Source: an uncultured candidate division Zixibacteria bacterium (GTDB lineage: Bacteria > Zixibacteria > MSB-5A5 > GN15 > FEB-12). From it: 64,000 nt of DNA. The DNA is taken from assembly GCA_963664195.1 (NCBI GenBank), contig OY760907.1, forward strand, positions 3,200,001 to 3,264,000. The letters are read 5' to 3'. Position numbers and translations under genes: made by a program. The notes beneath the pieces were generated by a model. The model was not told the DNA's origin. It ran no database searches and was given only the letters and a program-made list of their open reading frames with translations. Below, piece by piece: positions 28,194-38,409 of this stretch (position 1 is the stretch's first letter; the number at the start of each line of letters is the position of its first letter).

Positions 28194-29465
28194 ATGGCGA
28201 GCTACTATCATGCACATCGCGTAGTATCTGACAAGTGTCAAGGACACATGACTTGCATGCGTCACTGTCCGACACAGGCCATTCGCGTGCGAAACGGCAA
28301 GGCGGTCATTGCCGAGGAGTTATGCGTCGACTGCGGCGAATGCATGTCCGTGTGCCCCGAAGGCGCAATTGAGGCCATCGTCGACCCTGTCGGTGAGATT
28401 TCCGGTTTCAAGTACAAAGTTGTGATTCCTTCACCGGTCCTGTACTCACAGTTTGGCTCGGACGTGCATCCTCATATAGTGCACGAAGCGCTAAAAATGC
28501 TCGGTTTCGACGAGGTTGTCGACGTCGTCTATTCCAGCGCCGCCATGGCAGCGAGTCTCGTCAAATACGTCAAGGAGTCCGACGGACCGTTTCCGCTGAT
28601 TTCATCGTACTGTCCAACGATCGTGCGCCTCATCCAGGTGAAATACCCTGCCCTGGTCGAGCAGGTGGTACCGTTGAATGTACCGCGCGAAGTCACGGCA
28701 CGTGAAATACGGAACACCCTACCCGAAAAACTCGGCATGACGGCTGAAGATATCGGAATCGTCTATCTTTCACCGTGCCCGGCGCAGATAACCTCCATCA
28801 AACAGCCGGCAGAAAAAGTAAAATCGTATTTCGACGGTGCAATCTCTATCCGCGACGCCTATTCCGTCTTGCTTCCCAGAATCCGGGACATAAAAAAGAG
28901 TTTTGTGGAATCGGATATTCCGGAAGATTTCGTCTTCCATACCGGCTGGGTGAGAACCGGAAGCATTCTGAGATACGCCAATATCGAAAACTGGCTCGCG
29001 GTAGCCGGCCTCGACAATATCGTGCAGATACTTGACGATATCGAAAACGGCCGCCTCCACAATGTCGAGTTCATCGAAGCCCTCGCGCATGTTTCCGGCT
29101 GCCTGAACGGTCCATTCTGCCTGGAAAACCCGTACGTGGCACGTCACACCAATATTCTCCAGAGGGAGAAATACGAATTGAACGTAGTCGTAGACCCGGA
29201 TGATATCGACCGCAAATTCCAGGAAAAACACTACTTCCTTGAAGGGCAGATCCTGCCGCGCCCGGGGCAGTTCTTCGACACAGATCTCGAGACCTCCATC
29301 AAGCGGATGAAAGAACGGGAGCGTGTCTTCCGGAATCTCTCGCAAACGGACTGTGGCTGTTGTGGTTCACCGACCTGTATGGCATTCGCCGAGGATTTCG
29401 TCAAGGGAGACGTGAAGCTGACCGATTGTATTTTCCTCGGTGGTAACAAGAACAATCGCTCGTAA
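28194..29465 (+). CDS. [FeFe]-hydrogenase large-subunit-like Fe-S protein with N-terminal ferredoxin and C-terminal Fe-S domain
   Basis: CQGHMTCMRHCP and CVDCGECMSVCP; degenerate H-cluster motifs SSYCP, SPCPAQ, EALAHVSGCLNG; C-terminal DCGCCGSPTC...C. Confidence 0.8.
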   Translation: MASYYHAHRVVSDKCQGHMTCMRHCPTQAIRVRNGKAVIAEELCVDCGECMSVCPEGAIEAIVDPVGEISGFKYKVVIPSPVLYSQFGSDVHPHIVHEALKMLGFDEVVDVVYSSAAMAASLVKYVKESDGPFPLISSYCPTIVRLIQVKYPALVEQVVPLNVPREVTAREIRNTLPEKLGMTAEDIGIVYLSPCPAQITSIKQPAEKVKSYFDGAISIRDAYSVLLPRIRDIKKSFVESDIPEDFVFHTGWVRTGSILRYANIENWLAVAGLDNIVQILDDIENGRLHNVEFIEALAHVSGCLNGPFCLENPYVARHTNILQREKYELNVVVDPDDIDRKFQEKHYFLEGQILPRPGQFFDTDLETSIKRMKERERVFRNLSQTDCGCCGSPTCMAFAEDFVKGDVKLTDCIFLGGNKNNRS

Positions 29466-29478
29466 AGAAACTTCTCCG

Positions 29479-30426
29479 TTAACGCTTCAGAAACGGATGA
29501 GAGGTCGAAGACGGCCCGGTCGCATGGGCCTCACGGATGTCATGGGCGAGATCAATCGACGGTCGCACGGCATCGAGTCCATAGCCGTTCCCCAGCAACA
29601 CCTGGCGATACACTTCCGTGTGAAGATCCGTGAATCCACCTGAAAACTCAATCTCTTTGCCGTCAATCGTAATCGAGCGGAACGTCATCTGATCCTGCTT
29701 CCGGACAGCCTCCGGCAGGTCCCGTCGATCTATGGAAAGATACCATTTCACTCGAGCGCGCTCCAATTCGATATAGCCGGAATTTCGCATTTTGTCCGAA
29801 AAGTGCACTTCGTTCTTCTCTACATCGCCAAAAAGCCAGATCAGCATATCAAAAAAGTGTATTCCGATGTTCGTCGCGAGACCACCGGAACGTTCAATCT
29901 GGCCTTTCCAGGAAACAAGATACCAGATGCCGCGCGAAGTGATATACGTCAATTCTACGTCGGCCTTTTTGTCGAACGGAGCAGATTCGATTTGCTTCTT
30001 GAGGGCTATCAATGAGGGATGTACCCGGAGCTGCAAAACGGTATTGATCTTCCTCCCGCTCTCCTGTTCAAGCTCTGCCAGCGCGTCCAGATTCCAGGGG
30101 TTGAGCACCAACGGTTTCTCGCAAATAGTATCTGCATCCACACGAAGTGCAAATCGCACGTGCGCGTCATGGAGATAGTTCGGCGAGCAGATCGACACAT
30201 AGTGAATGCGTTCTTGCTCGCCCATGCGACGGAGTTTTTCGATATGGCGGTCAAACCGCTCAAACTCCGTAAAGAACGCCACGTCGTCAAAATGGCGATC
30301 CAGAACTCCAACCGAGTCGCTCGGATCCACTGCCGCTACCAGCGAATTGCCGGTGTCCTTGATTGCTTTCAGATGGCGCGGGGCAACGTAACCGCCAACG
30401 CCGGTAATTGCGAAATTGTATGCCAT
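29479..30426 (-). CDS. wbpB: Gfo/Idh/MocA oxidoreductase, WbpB-like UDP-GlcNAcA 3-dehydrogenase
   Basis: GYVAPRHLKAIKDTG, FFTEFERFDRH, ICSPNYLHDAH, TNIGIHFFDML, EFSGGFTDLH. Confidence 0.8.
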   Translation of the reverse strand: MAYNFAITGVGGYVAPRHLKAIKDTGNSLVAAVDPSDSVGVLDRHFDDVAFFTEFERFDRHIEKLRRMGEQERIHYVSICSPNYLHDAHVRFALRVDADTICEKPLVLNPWNLDALAELEQESGRKINTVLQLRVHPSLIALKKQIESAPFDKKADVELTYITSRGIWYLVSWKGQIERSGGLATNIGIHFFDMLIWLFGDVEKNEVHFSDKMRNSGYIELERARVKWYLSIDRRDLPEAVRKQDQMTFRSITIDGKEIEFSGGFTDLHTEVYRQVLLGNGYGLDAVRPSIDLAHDIREAHATGPSSTSHPFLKR

Positions 30427-30573
30427 GCCAAATCCGTTTGTTTCAAGCCTCTGAGAGTCACATCACGATGCGACATAGGGCAGGAATATAGACGACCCGT
30501 CGTCTGGTATGCAACATAAATCAGGGGGCGTTTTTGACTGACGGAATAAGCTTAATTCCCATGCCGGATTTCC

Positions 30574-30601
30574 TTGACAAACAAGACCCGATTCATATCA
30601 T
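30574..30601 (+). promoter_or_regulatory. Putative sigma70 promoter for the homoaconitase gene
   Basis: TTGACA-16 nt-TATCAT. Confidence 0.55.
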
Positions 30602-30638
30602 GCCGCAGGATTAACAGATTTGGAATCAGAGAGGTAGC

Positions 30639-32603
30639 ATGGGACAGAACCTGGTTGAGAAAATAGCGCAGAAGTTCGCAGTCGGCTTGGAAGACGGTCA
30701 CGTCGTCCAGAGCGGCGACTTCGTTTCAATCCGCCCGGCTCACGTTATGACCCACGACAACAGCGGTGCGGTTATTCCCAAGTTCAAAGCGATTGGCGCC
30801 ACGAAAATCGCCAACCCGCGTCAGGTCGTTTTTACGCTGGATCACAACGTCCAGGACACCAGCGAAACGAACATGAAGAAGTACGCCGGAATCGAAGCCT
30901 TTGCCAAAGAAAAGGGCATTGACTTCTATCCCGCCGGCAGAGGCATCGGACACCAGATCATGTGCGAGGAAGGGTATGCTTTCCCTGGCACGATGGTCGT
31001 AGCCTCCGACAGCCACTCCAACATGTACGGCGGCCTGGGCGTCCTCGGCACCCCGATTGTCCGCACCGATGCTGCCGCGATCTGGGCAACCGGACGTACA
31101 TGGTGGCAGGTGCCCCCGGTAGCCAGAGTTGAACTCAAAGGCAAACTCAGGAGAGGCGCAACGGGCAAAGATGTCATCATCTCCCTGTGTGGTAAGTTCA
31201 ACAAAGACGAAGTCCTCAACCACGCGGTCGAGTTCGTCGGCGATGGCATCCCGCAGCTTTCTGTCGATGACCGCCTCACAATTGCCAACATGACAACAGA
31301 ATGGGGTGCCCTGACCGGCGTGTTCCCGATCGACGACACGACTATCGCCTGGCTTCGCAAGCGCGGCGAGTTTGTCGCCAAACGAGGCCTCTCCGGCGTC
31401 CCGTCAGATGAAGACAAAGAGCGTCGTCTCGGTGATTCCCGCATCAACGCCCTGGACGCCAATAGACCTGCAGCCGATTCGGACGCCTTCTACGCCCGAG
31501 AGATTACGGTCGACCTCGGCTCTGTCACGCCCCACGTTGCCGGGCCGGACAACGTGAAGAACTTCACCTCGGTGGCCGACATGCGCCAACAGAAACTGAA
31601 GATTCACAAGGCGTATCTTGTCTCCTGTGTCAACAGCCGGGTCGAGGACCTCTCTGCTGCTGCCGCCGTCATCAAAGGCCAGCAAGTTGCCGAGGGCGTC
31701 GAGTTCTACGTGGCCGCTGCCTCCAGCGAAGTACAGGCCGAAGCCGAACAACGTAATGACTGGCAGACCCTGCTCGACGCCGGTGCGATTCCGTTGCCTC
31801 CGGGCTGCGGGCCGTGTATCGGACTTGGGAAGGGATTGCTCCAAGACAACGAAGTCGGTATATCTGCCACCAACCGCAATTTCAAAGGGCGCATGGGGTC
31901 CCGCTCAGCCAGGGCGTATCTGGCCTCGCCGGCAGTTGTCGCTGCTTCCGCTGTAGCAGGGTATGTCGATCTCCCGGACGTCGAAGGAAACGTCGAAATC
32001 GAAGGTACTTTCAGGACCAACGTCAAACCGGCTGCCACGGGTGGTGGGGTGAGGATTCTCGATGGTTTCCCGGAAGCAGTCGAGGGTGAGCTGATCTTTT
32101 GTCATCAGGACAGCCTCAACACTGACGGCATCTATCCCGGCAAGTACACGTACATTGACGACTTCACTCCAGAACAGCAGGCGGGAGTTGTGATGGAGAA
32201 CTACGACACCGAGTTTGGCAAGCTGATCAACGAGGGTGATATCCTTGTCGGTGGATTCAATTTCGGCACCGGCTCCTCGCGCGAACAGGCTGCGACTGCT
32301 CTGATGTATCGCGGCATCCGTCTTGTACTGGCTGGCTCGTTTTCTCAGACGTACAAGCGCAACGCAATCAACAACGGCTTCCTCGTGATCGAGGCACCGG
32401 AACTGGTCAACGACTTGAAGAAGCGATTTGGCACTGACAAGCTCACGGTCAAGACTACTATCAAGGGCAAGATTGATTTTGCGAAGGCGACCCTTGATGC
32501 CGACGGCAAAACGTATTCGCTGTCACCGGTGGGAGCAGCCGCACAGGAATTGGTCCTGACCGCCGGTCTTGAAAACTGGGTGAAGCAGAAGCTCGAAGAC
32601 TAG
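30639..32603 (+). CDS. lysF: Single-chain homoaconitase (fungal LYS4/LysF type)
   Basis: THDN, GRGIGHQIMCEEGYAFP, ASDSHSNMYGG, TPIVRTDAAAIWATG.TWWQ, SCVNSR, CGPCIG, fused swivel domain with NFGTGSSREQA. Confidence 0.85.
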   Translation: MGQNLVEKIAQKFAVGLEDGHVVQSGDFVSIRPAHVMTHDNSGAVIPKFKAIGATKIANPRQVVFTLDHNVQDTSETNMKKYAGIEAFAKEKGIDFYPAGRGIGHQIMCEEGYAFPGTMVVASDSHSNMYGGLGVLGTPIVRTDAAAIWATGRTWWQVPPVARVELKGKLRRGATGKDVIISLCGKFNKDEVLNHAVEFVGDGIPQLSVDDRLTIANMTTEWGALTGVFPIDDTTIAWLRKRGEFVAKRGLSGVPSDEDKERRLGDSRINALDANRPAADSDAFYAREITVDLGSVTPHVAGPDNVKNFTSVADMRQQKLKIHKAYLVSCVNSRVEDLSAAAAVIKGQQVAEGVEFYVAAASSEVQAEAEQRNDWQTLLDAGAIPLPPGCGPCIGLGKGLLQDNEVGISATNRNFKGRMGSRSARAYLASPAVVAASAVAGYVDLPDVEGNVEIEGTFRTNVKPAATGGGVRILDGFPEAVEGELIFCHQDSLNTDGIYPGKYTYIDDFTPEQQAGVVMENYDTEFGKLINEGDILVGGFNFGTGSSREQAATALMYRGIRLVLAGSFSQTYKRNAINNGFLVIEAPELVNDLKKRFGTDKLTVKTTIKGKIDFAKATLDADGKTYSLSPVGAAAQELVLTAGLENWVKQKLED

Positions 32604-32638
32604 TTACCTCGGGCCCGACCGGCCGTCTGTAATTCGTG

Positions 32639-32662
32639 CTGTCAGACGACTCCGTCTGACAG
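32639..32662. terminator. Hairpin between convergent genes
   Basis: CTGTCAGACG-ACTC-CGTCTGACAG. Confidence 0.45.
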
Positions 32663-32727
32663 TCGCGTGTGCCAGCAATTCGCGAGCGACAGGGTTCCAT
32701 CCCGGTCGCTCTTTCTATCTCATAACG

Positions 32728-34047
32728 TTAGTGTGTCGAAATCCAATCTGCGATATCAGCGACAACAACACCTTCAACATGAGCCGAGGAATCAGCGTTG
32801 TCGATAGTGAACAAGTGCCCCAGCTTCGGATATGATTTGCAGGTCACATCCTTGCGATCCGTAAGCTTGTCGTTCCAGATTTCGAAATCCACCATGCTTA
32901 CCTGAAGATCGTTTTCGCCCTGCAATATCAACATCGGGACCTTGCATCCTATAGCCACGCTGGCAGGCGCGTATCCGCGCAGGTCCAGCCAATACGACGC
33001 ACAGACGCCCAATGGCAATGAAGCGGTGGGCGTCGAGTCCGTCAGTTCACTGCTTTTCACCCGCTCTATCTGACTTGTCAGCTCACCAAGATTGATCGGT
33101 GACTCGACTCCACCGGCAGTCGCCAGAGAATCCTGAAACGTGAGTTGCTCAAGCAGAATGTCTTCGAGGGGACGCGCCGCTCCGGCCAGTACCACCAGGC
33201 CCGCCAGTTGGTCGGTACGGCTGGCGATCCTCGGGGCAGCCATGCCGCCAAGAGAGTGCCCGATCATGAAAACGCGATCCCGATCGACATCAGGCCGTGC
33301 CGCTACGAACTCTATCGCCGACAGAGCGTCCTCCACCGTCTCCTCGTCAAGCGTGTATCTGTCACTGCTGGCGAATCGCTCACCATGCACCAGCGTACGT
33401 TTGTCGTAGGTCATGACGAGTATCCCCTGCGAAGCAAGCCCGGTCGCGAGATCACGGAACGGTTTGATATCGCCGACTGTCTCGTCGCGATCATTCGGGC
33501 CGGAGCCGTGCACCAGAATAACTGCCGGATGCGTCTCTCCCGTTGTTGGCACGTACAATGTTCCGGGCAATTTCCAGCCCTCGACTCCAAAAGTGAACTT
33601 CTCCGTGGCGTAGGCCGAAGGATCTGCGTAAGCAGCCGGACTCCACTCAACCTCAGCCTTTGCAGGTTGGAAAAACAACCCGGCGACCTTCAGATCAGGA
33701 TCATAAGCCACCCGTATGTCCAGAGCGGCGAACTCAAACTCAACCCTTACAAATACGACCTGATACTGACCGTGAGTTTCGGTCCTCGCGCCACCCTGCT
33801 TCTTGACATCCCCAACCTGGAGCAGAATCGAACGCCAGGTTTCCTCAAGGGTAGCAGCGGGCATCGCGGCCGTCATAGTTGAATCGAAGCCGGATGCCGC
33901 CGTAGTGAAATCTTCCTCTATCAACTGACCGACGAACTTCTCGGCTGCACCGACTGCGGGTGATTCAGCATCCTGTGCTGTCAACCACGGCGTCAGCAGA
34001 GTCAACAGCGCAATCGCCAGGGCGCTTCTACGAATTACAGATCCCAT
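32728..34047 (-). CDS. Secreted alpha/beta hydrolase with N-terminal DUF3887-like domain
   Basis: Signal peptide; VHGSGPNDRDE, GHSLGG nucleophile motif, LQGENDLQV, GHLF. Confidence 0.85.
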   Translation of the reverse strand: MGSVIRRSALAIALLTLLTPWLTAQDAESPAVGAAEKFVGQLIEEDFTTAASGFDSTMTAAMPAATLEETWRSILLQVGDVKKQGGARTETHGQYQVVFVRVEFEFAALDIRVAYDPDLKVAGLFFQPAKAEVEWSPAAYADPSAYATEKFTFGVEGWKLPGTLYVPTTGETHPAVILVHGSGPNDRDETVGDIKPFRDLATGLASQGILVMTYDKRTLVHGERFASSDRYTLDEETVEDALSAIEFVAARPDVDRDRVFMIGHSLGGMAAPRIASRTDQLAGLVVLAGAARPLEDILLEQLTFQDSLATAGGVESPINLGELTSQIERVKSSELTDSTPTASLPLGVCASYWLDLRGYAPASVAIGCKVPMLILQGENDLQVSMVDFEIWNDKLTDRKDVTCKSYPKLGHLFTIDNADSSAHVEGVVVADIADWISTH

Positions 34048-34265
34048 GTTAATTCTCCCGTCTATTCATATTGCTCACGGCAGGTATTTGGCAGCATACT
34101 CATATTGCGGCGCACTATTCAACTGTTTTTCTCAACTTGCGCACCGGCTGGACACAAAACCTCGCCCTCCAGAAAACTCTTTTTGAAATCTGTTTTTCAC
34201 TGTACCTTGAGGACCCATACGCCGAATACGGCAAAAACCGGAACGCTAAATCGAGTAGACGAGAG

Positions 34266-35711
34266 ATGGCCAAGGACAAAAAGCAGAAGACAAAGCGCGT
34301 AAAACCACAGGTACTCAAGGGATTTCGTGACTATCCGCCGCAAGAGCACATAGCCCGCGACAAGATGGTCGGCAAACTCCGCGAGTCATGCGAACTCATG
34401 GGATTCCTGCCGCTGCAGACGGCTTCTCTGGAATACGCCGCCACTCTGCTTGGCTCGCACTACAACGAGGACTCGTTGTCCGAATTGTTCGGGTTTGCCG
34501 GCCCCGACGAGGTCGACATGGCCCTCCGCTATGAGTTCACCGTCTCGCTGGCCCGCTTCGTCGCGTCGCAGCCGAATCTCCCGCTGCCGTTCCGACGCTA
34601 TCAATTCGGCAACGTCTGGCGCGTGGACAAACCGGGACCGGGGCGTTTCCGCGAATTCATGCAGTTTGATATAGACATCGTTGGCACGAAGAATCTCTTG
34701 GCCGACGCCGAGATCATCGCGGCCATGGTCAACACGCTGGATCATCTTGGGATCGAGCGTTTCGAAGTCCGTTTCGCCAGTCGCAAGATTCTCAACGGCT
34801 TGATCGAATGGGCCGGCATTCCGACCGGCCGCGGCCCGGACGTCCTTCGCGTCCTTGACAAGTTTGAAAAACAGGGGCAGGACGCTGTCCTGCAGGAACT
34901 CGGGGGGGGGCGCATCGATGACTCCGGCGCCAAGATCGACGGTCTTCGTCTTGATAGCCCCCAGATCGACAAGATCAACGACTTCCTAAGCGAAGCCCTC
35001 TCTCACGGAGTCGACGACAAACTCGAATGGGCAACCAACAATCTCGCCGGTCTCAAACAGGCCGAGGAGGGGATTGCTGACCTTGCGACGATTCAGGATC
35101 ATCTGTCTCACCTGAATATTCCCAAAGACAAAGCTGATATCGACCTCACAATTGTCCGGGGTCTTGGCTACTACACCGGCACTGTGTACGAAACGACGCT
35201 GAAGGATCTTCCTGACTACGGCTCGGTCTTTTCGGGTGGCCGGTACGATAATCTTGTGGACCGTTTCCAGGGGCAGCAGGTGCCGGGGGTCGGTGCCTCG
35301 ATAGGTCTCGACCGCTTGCTCGCCGCTCTCATAGCTCTCGACAAAATCAAGTTGACCAGTGCCACGTCGAAAGTCCTTGTGACCGTCATGGACCGGGACC
35401 GGTTGCCGGATTACCTCAAGATTCTGGAGGAGCTGCGTTCCGTGGGAATCAATTCCGAAATCTATGTTGGAGACACGAAGAACCTGACAAAACAGGTCAA
35501 GTATGGCGACAAAGTCGGTATCCCGTTTGCAGTTATCGCCGGTTCAGATGAGTTCGAGGCCGGTCAGGTCACGGTCAAAAACCTTGCCGCCGGGGCCGAT
35601 GTCGCGGCCAACACGGCTGACCGCGAGGAATGGCTCAAAGCCGAGGGTTTCCAAGAGACAATCAAGCGTGATCGACTGATCGCTTATTTGCAGGAAGAAC
35701 TGGGGCGATAG
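34266..35711 (+). CDS. hisS: Histidine--tRNA ligase
   Basis: LKGFRDY, LRYEFT, GRFREFMQFDID, RGLGYYTG, GGRYD, SIGLDRL. Confidence 0.95.
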   Translation: MAKDKKQKTKRVKPQVLKGFRDYPPQEHIARDKMVGKLRESCELMGFLPLQTASLEYAATLLGSHYNEDSLSELFGFAGPDEVDMALRYEFTVSLARFVASQPNLPLPFRRYQFGNVWRVDKPGPGRFREFMQFDIDIVGTKNLLADAEIIAAMVNTLDHLGIERFEVRFASRKILNGLIEWAGIPTGRGPDVLRVLDKFEKQGQDAVLQELGGGRIDDSGAKIDGLRLDSPQIDKINDFLSEALSHGVDDKLEWATNNLAGLKQAEEGIADLATIQDHLSHLNIPKDKADIDLTIVRGLGYYTGTVYETTLKDLPDYGSVFSGGRYDNLVDRFQGQQVPGVGASIGLDRLLAALIALDKIKLTSATSKVLVTVMDRDRLPDYLKILEELRSVGINSEIYVGDTKNLTKQVKYGDKVGIPFAVIAGSDEFEAGQVTVKNLAAGADVAANTADREEWLKAEGFQETIKRDRLIAYLQEELGR

Positions 35712-35748
35712 ACCGGGTCTCCAACTCCACCTCATAATCTCGATATTC

Positions 35749-35769
35749 GGGCGGGAGAAATCTCCCGCC
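35749..35769. terminator. Hairpin between convergent hisS and dockerin gene
   Basis: GGCGGGAGA-AA-TCTCCCGCC. Confidence 0.5.
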
Positions 35770-35791
35770 CGCTATCATCTCCCGCAGAAAA

Positions 35792-36637
35792 TTATTCGCA
35801 CTCAGGTCGACACAACTCGGTCGGTCCACCAGAACCGAACATATGATCAACCAGACGAGTAAGGTCGGAGATATTGACCTCACATTCAATGCTTCCGTCC
35901 GTATTCGCGGCTGAATGACAGGCAAGGGGATCACCCGACCCGAACATGTAGTCGACGAGCCTCGTCAAATCCGATATGTCCACCGCACCATCGGCATTGA
36001 CGTCGCCCGTAAATCCGTAGCAGCATCGGTCTGCATTCAGCGTGAGAATCGGATAGCAGAAATTGCGCGCCGGGTAGCCGTACGGAAAGGCAGCAAGGCC
36101 GTAGACGAAGTAATTCGAAAATATCTCTGCATCCAGACGATCGACTATTCCATCAATATTGAAGTCCAGATTGGATAAATCGCAGATCGGAGTAGCATCT
36201 CCGCTGAGACAACGATTCAACATCACCAGGTCTGCCGAACTCAAACCCATCCCGTCGCAGTTCGCGTCCGCGATGGCATTACCGATACAATGTGTCGTGA
36301 AGTTGTCGAAAAAGAAAATCGCCGTGGAATGGGGCACGGGATATCCTCCGTACGGGTCGAAGGCAGACATTCCGTTCTGGAAGTAGTCCAGAAAAATGAG
36401 AATGTCCAGCGTATCTGCCACACCGTCACCGTTGAAATCGGCATCCTCCTCGTTGACCGGTACCGCGATGTCCCCGTTGTTGGCTCGTATGAACACGCGA
36501 ATGTCATTGGTGGTGAGACAATCCCCATCCCCGTCAATGTCGCCCGTGGCGTAGTGGACACCTTGGGCGAACAGCGGGGAGGACAAGGCAAGAGCCAGCA
36601 GTGCGGTTAGCAACGTGATAGTGGCGTACTTCTTCAT
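35792..36637 (-). CDS. Secreted protein with three tandem dockerin-like modules
   Basis: Signal peptide; six Ca-loop-like repeats (GDIDGDG, ADFNGDG, DANCDG, DFNIDG, GDVNADG, ANTDGS); CC-led terminal dockerin. Confidence 0.75.
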   Translation of the reverse strand: MKKYATITLLTALLALALSSPLFAQGVHYATGDIDGDGDCLTTNDIRVFIRANNGDIAVPVNEEDADFNGDGVADTLDILIFLDYFQNGMSAFDPYGGYPVPHSTAIFFFDNFTTHCIGNAIADANCDGMGLSSADLVMLNRCLSGDATPICDLSNLDFNIDGIVDRLDAEIFSNYFVYGLAAFPYGYPARNFCYPILTLNADRCCYGFTGDVNADGAVDISDLTRLVDYMFGSGDPLACHSAANTDGSIECEVNISDLTRLVDHMFGSGGPTELCRPECE

Positions 36638-36708
36638 GAGATTACCTCCTCAGAATGTGAATGTATCGTCCGCATGTGCCCGACAACGCACACGCGGGCA
36701 CAGGCTAT

Positions 36709-37560
36709 CTACTCGCAAGGCAACCGGCACAACTCGGTCGGTGCGAATGTAATGAATAAATGGTCGATCAGTCGCGTCAAATCCCCCATGTCCACACTAC
36801 AACTGAGACTCCCATCAACATTACCGGCGGCAGGGCAATCCAGTGGCTCAAATGTATTGAACAGATGGTCGATCAGGATCGTCAGATCGCCCATATCCGC
36901 ACCCCCGTTTCCGTCGAGATCACCAGTGAAACCCGTGCAGCAGCGATCTGTATTAAGCACCAGAAGGGGATCACAGTAGTTGGAAACGGGATATCCACCG
37001 TAAGGTGCAAACACAGACATGCCGTCGATGAAGAAATCATGCAATATCTGATAGTCCTCTGCATCGACGATTCCGTCAGCGTTGAAGTCCGATTGATAGA
37101 GGTCGTTGGCCGGCCCAACCTCGCCGTTGAGCATTCTCTGCAGGTACGAGAGGTCCCCAACTGAGAGGTTCACAGAGTCCCCGTCGACATTGGCATATGC
37201 ATACCCGATGCAATGGGCGGTAATGGTATCGTAGGTGGGAAAGCTGCAATCCGTCGAACAGGGATACCCCCCGCAATTGTTGAAAGCGGCAAGCCCGTTT
37301 TCGTAATAGTCCAAAAAGACGAGCACATCATTGGTGTCCACTACCCAGTCGCCGTTGATATCAGAAAGATACGCATCGGAAGGTATGGCACCATCCTTGT
37401 TAAGAGCCTGGACCAGTATACGGAAATCTGTCCCGGTCAGGGGCTGTCCGTCACCATCCACATCTCCCGTAGCGTCACAGTACTGTTGTGCCTGGACAGG
37501 AACGACGAGTGCAAACAACATGAGCGCGGTAAACAGCGCGCCGCTAAAGCATCTTCTCAT
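36709..37560 (-). CDS. Secreted protein with three tandem dockerin-like modules (paralogue)
   Basis: Signal peptide; GDVDGDG, SDINGD, ANVDGD, SDFNADG, GDLDGNG, GNVDGS; MGDLTxLIDHLF. Confidence 0.75.
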   Translation of the reverse strand: MRRCFSGALFTALMLFALVVPVQAQQYCDATGDVDGDGQPLTGTDFRILVQALNKDGAIPSDAYLSDINGDWVVDTNDVLVFLDYYENGLAAFNNCGGYPCSTDCSFPTYDTITAHCIGYAYANVDGDSVNLSVGDLSYLQRMLNGEVGPANDLYQSDFNADGIVDAEDYQILHDFFIDGMSVFAPYGGYPVSNYCDPLLVLNTDRCCTGFTGDLDGNGGADMGDLTILIDHLFNTFEPLDCPAAGNVDGSLSCSVDMGDLTRLIDHLFITFAPTELCRLPCE

Positions 37561-37813
37561 GAGATTACCTCCTCAGGTTCTGGGTCTATCGTCCATTAGT
37601 ATGCACCGGATTGCCCGGGCCGTGAGCGCTCCAAAAAACAATGCGATTGCGTAGTGCCTGAAGATGGTCCTGGTTGTCGGTGTGACTGTCCCTGCCAAAG
37701 AATACATACAGACCGGGCTGATGTCAATAGTAGAAGTGTGTGACGGGGGAGAGCGCGAGGCGCGGCAAAGAGCGAAAGAGAGGCGGGACCAGCGCCCGCC
37801 CCTCGAACGGAAA

Positions 37814-38173
37814 CTACAACCGAATGACATCTCTCTTCAAGGAGTGGAGGATGCCGAGGACTTCGTTTCTTGCATCTGCGGCGATGTTGTTCTTGTCGAG
37901 CGCGAGCATGACATCGTCAACCACTGCCAGAAACTCTTCCTCGCTGATGTTCATGCCCCGATGTGCCTCCTTCATATCCTTGCCGGTGTACTTCTGCGGT
38001 CCTCCACTTCCCATTCCGAAGAATTCCAGCGACAAACGATGGAGTTTGTCCGTGTCAGAGTCCTGAAACCGGGTTTTGATTGTCGGATTGTTCATGTGAT
38101 TGGTAATCACGTCCCGGACTATGCTGGACAGTCCTGACTCGCCACCAAGTCGTTCGTAAAGCGTGTCGCTCAT
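37814..38173 (-). CDS. Group I truncated (2/2) globin
   Basis: TLYERLGG, GGPQKYTGKDMKEAHRGMNISEEEF. Confidence 0.9.
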   Translation of the reverse strand: MSDTLYERLGGESGLSSIVRDVITNHMNNPTIKTRFQDSDTDKLHRLSLEFFGMGSGGPQKYTGKDMKEAHRGMNISEEEFLAVVDDVMLALDKNNIAADARNEVLGILHSLKRDVIRL

Positions 38174-38409
38174 ACCGGCGTCCCTTCCTGTAGATTATGT
38201 TATTTGTCCTCTTGTGGCCGCGCCCTGACGATAAGACTGCGAGAAACGGCAAAGCAGGCGCGAACCAATACATGGACTACGTGGCTCGATGCCCGCCTGT
38301 TTGTGCCGTTTCTCGCGGCGCAGGTACCTGTTGCAGTCCCTTGCGCCAGGTATTACATTTACCACGGACCACTTGTTGAACCCGAACTGCTCTGAACAAG
38401 GAAACCGAT

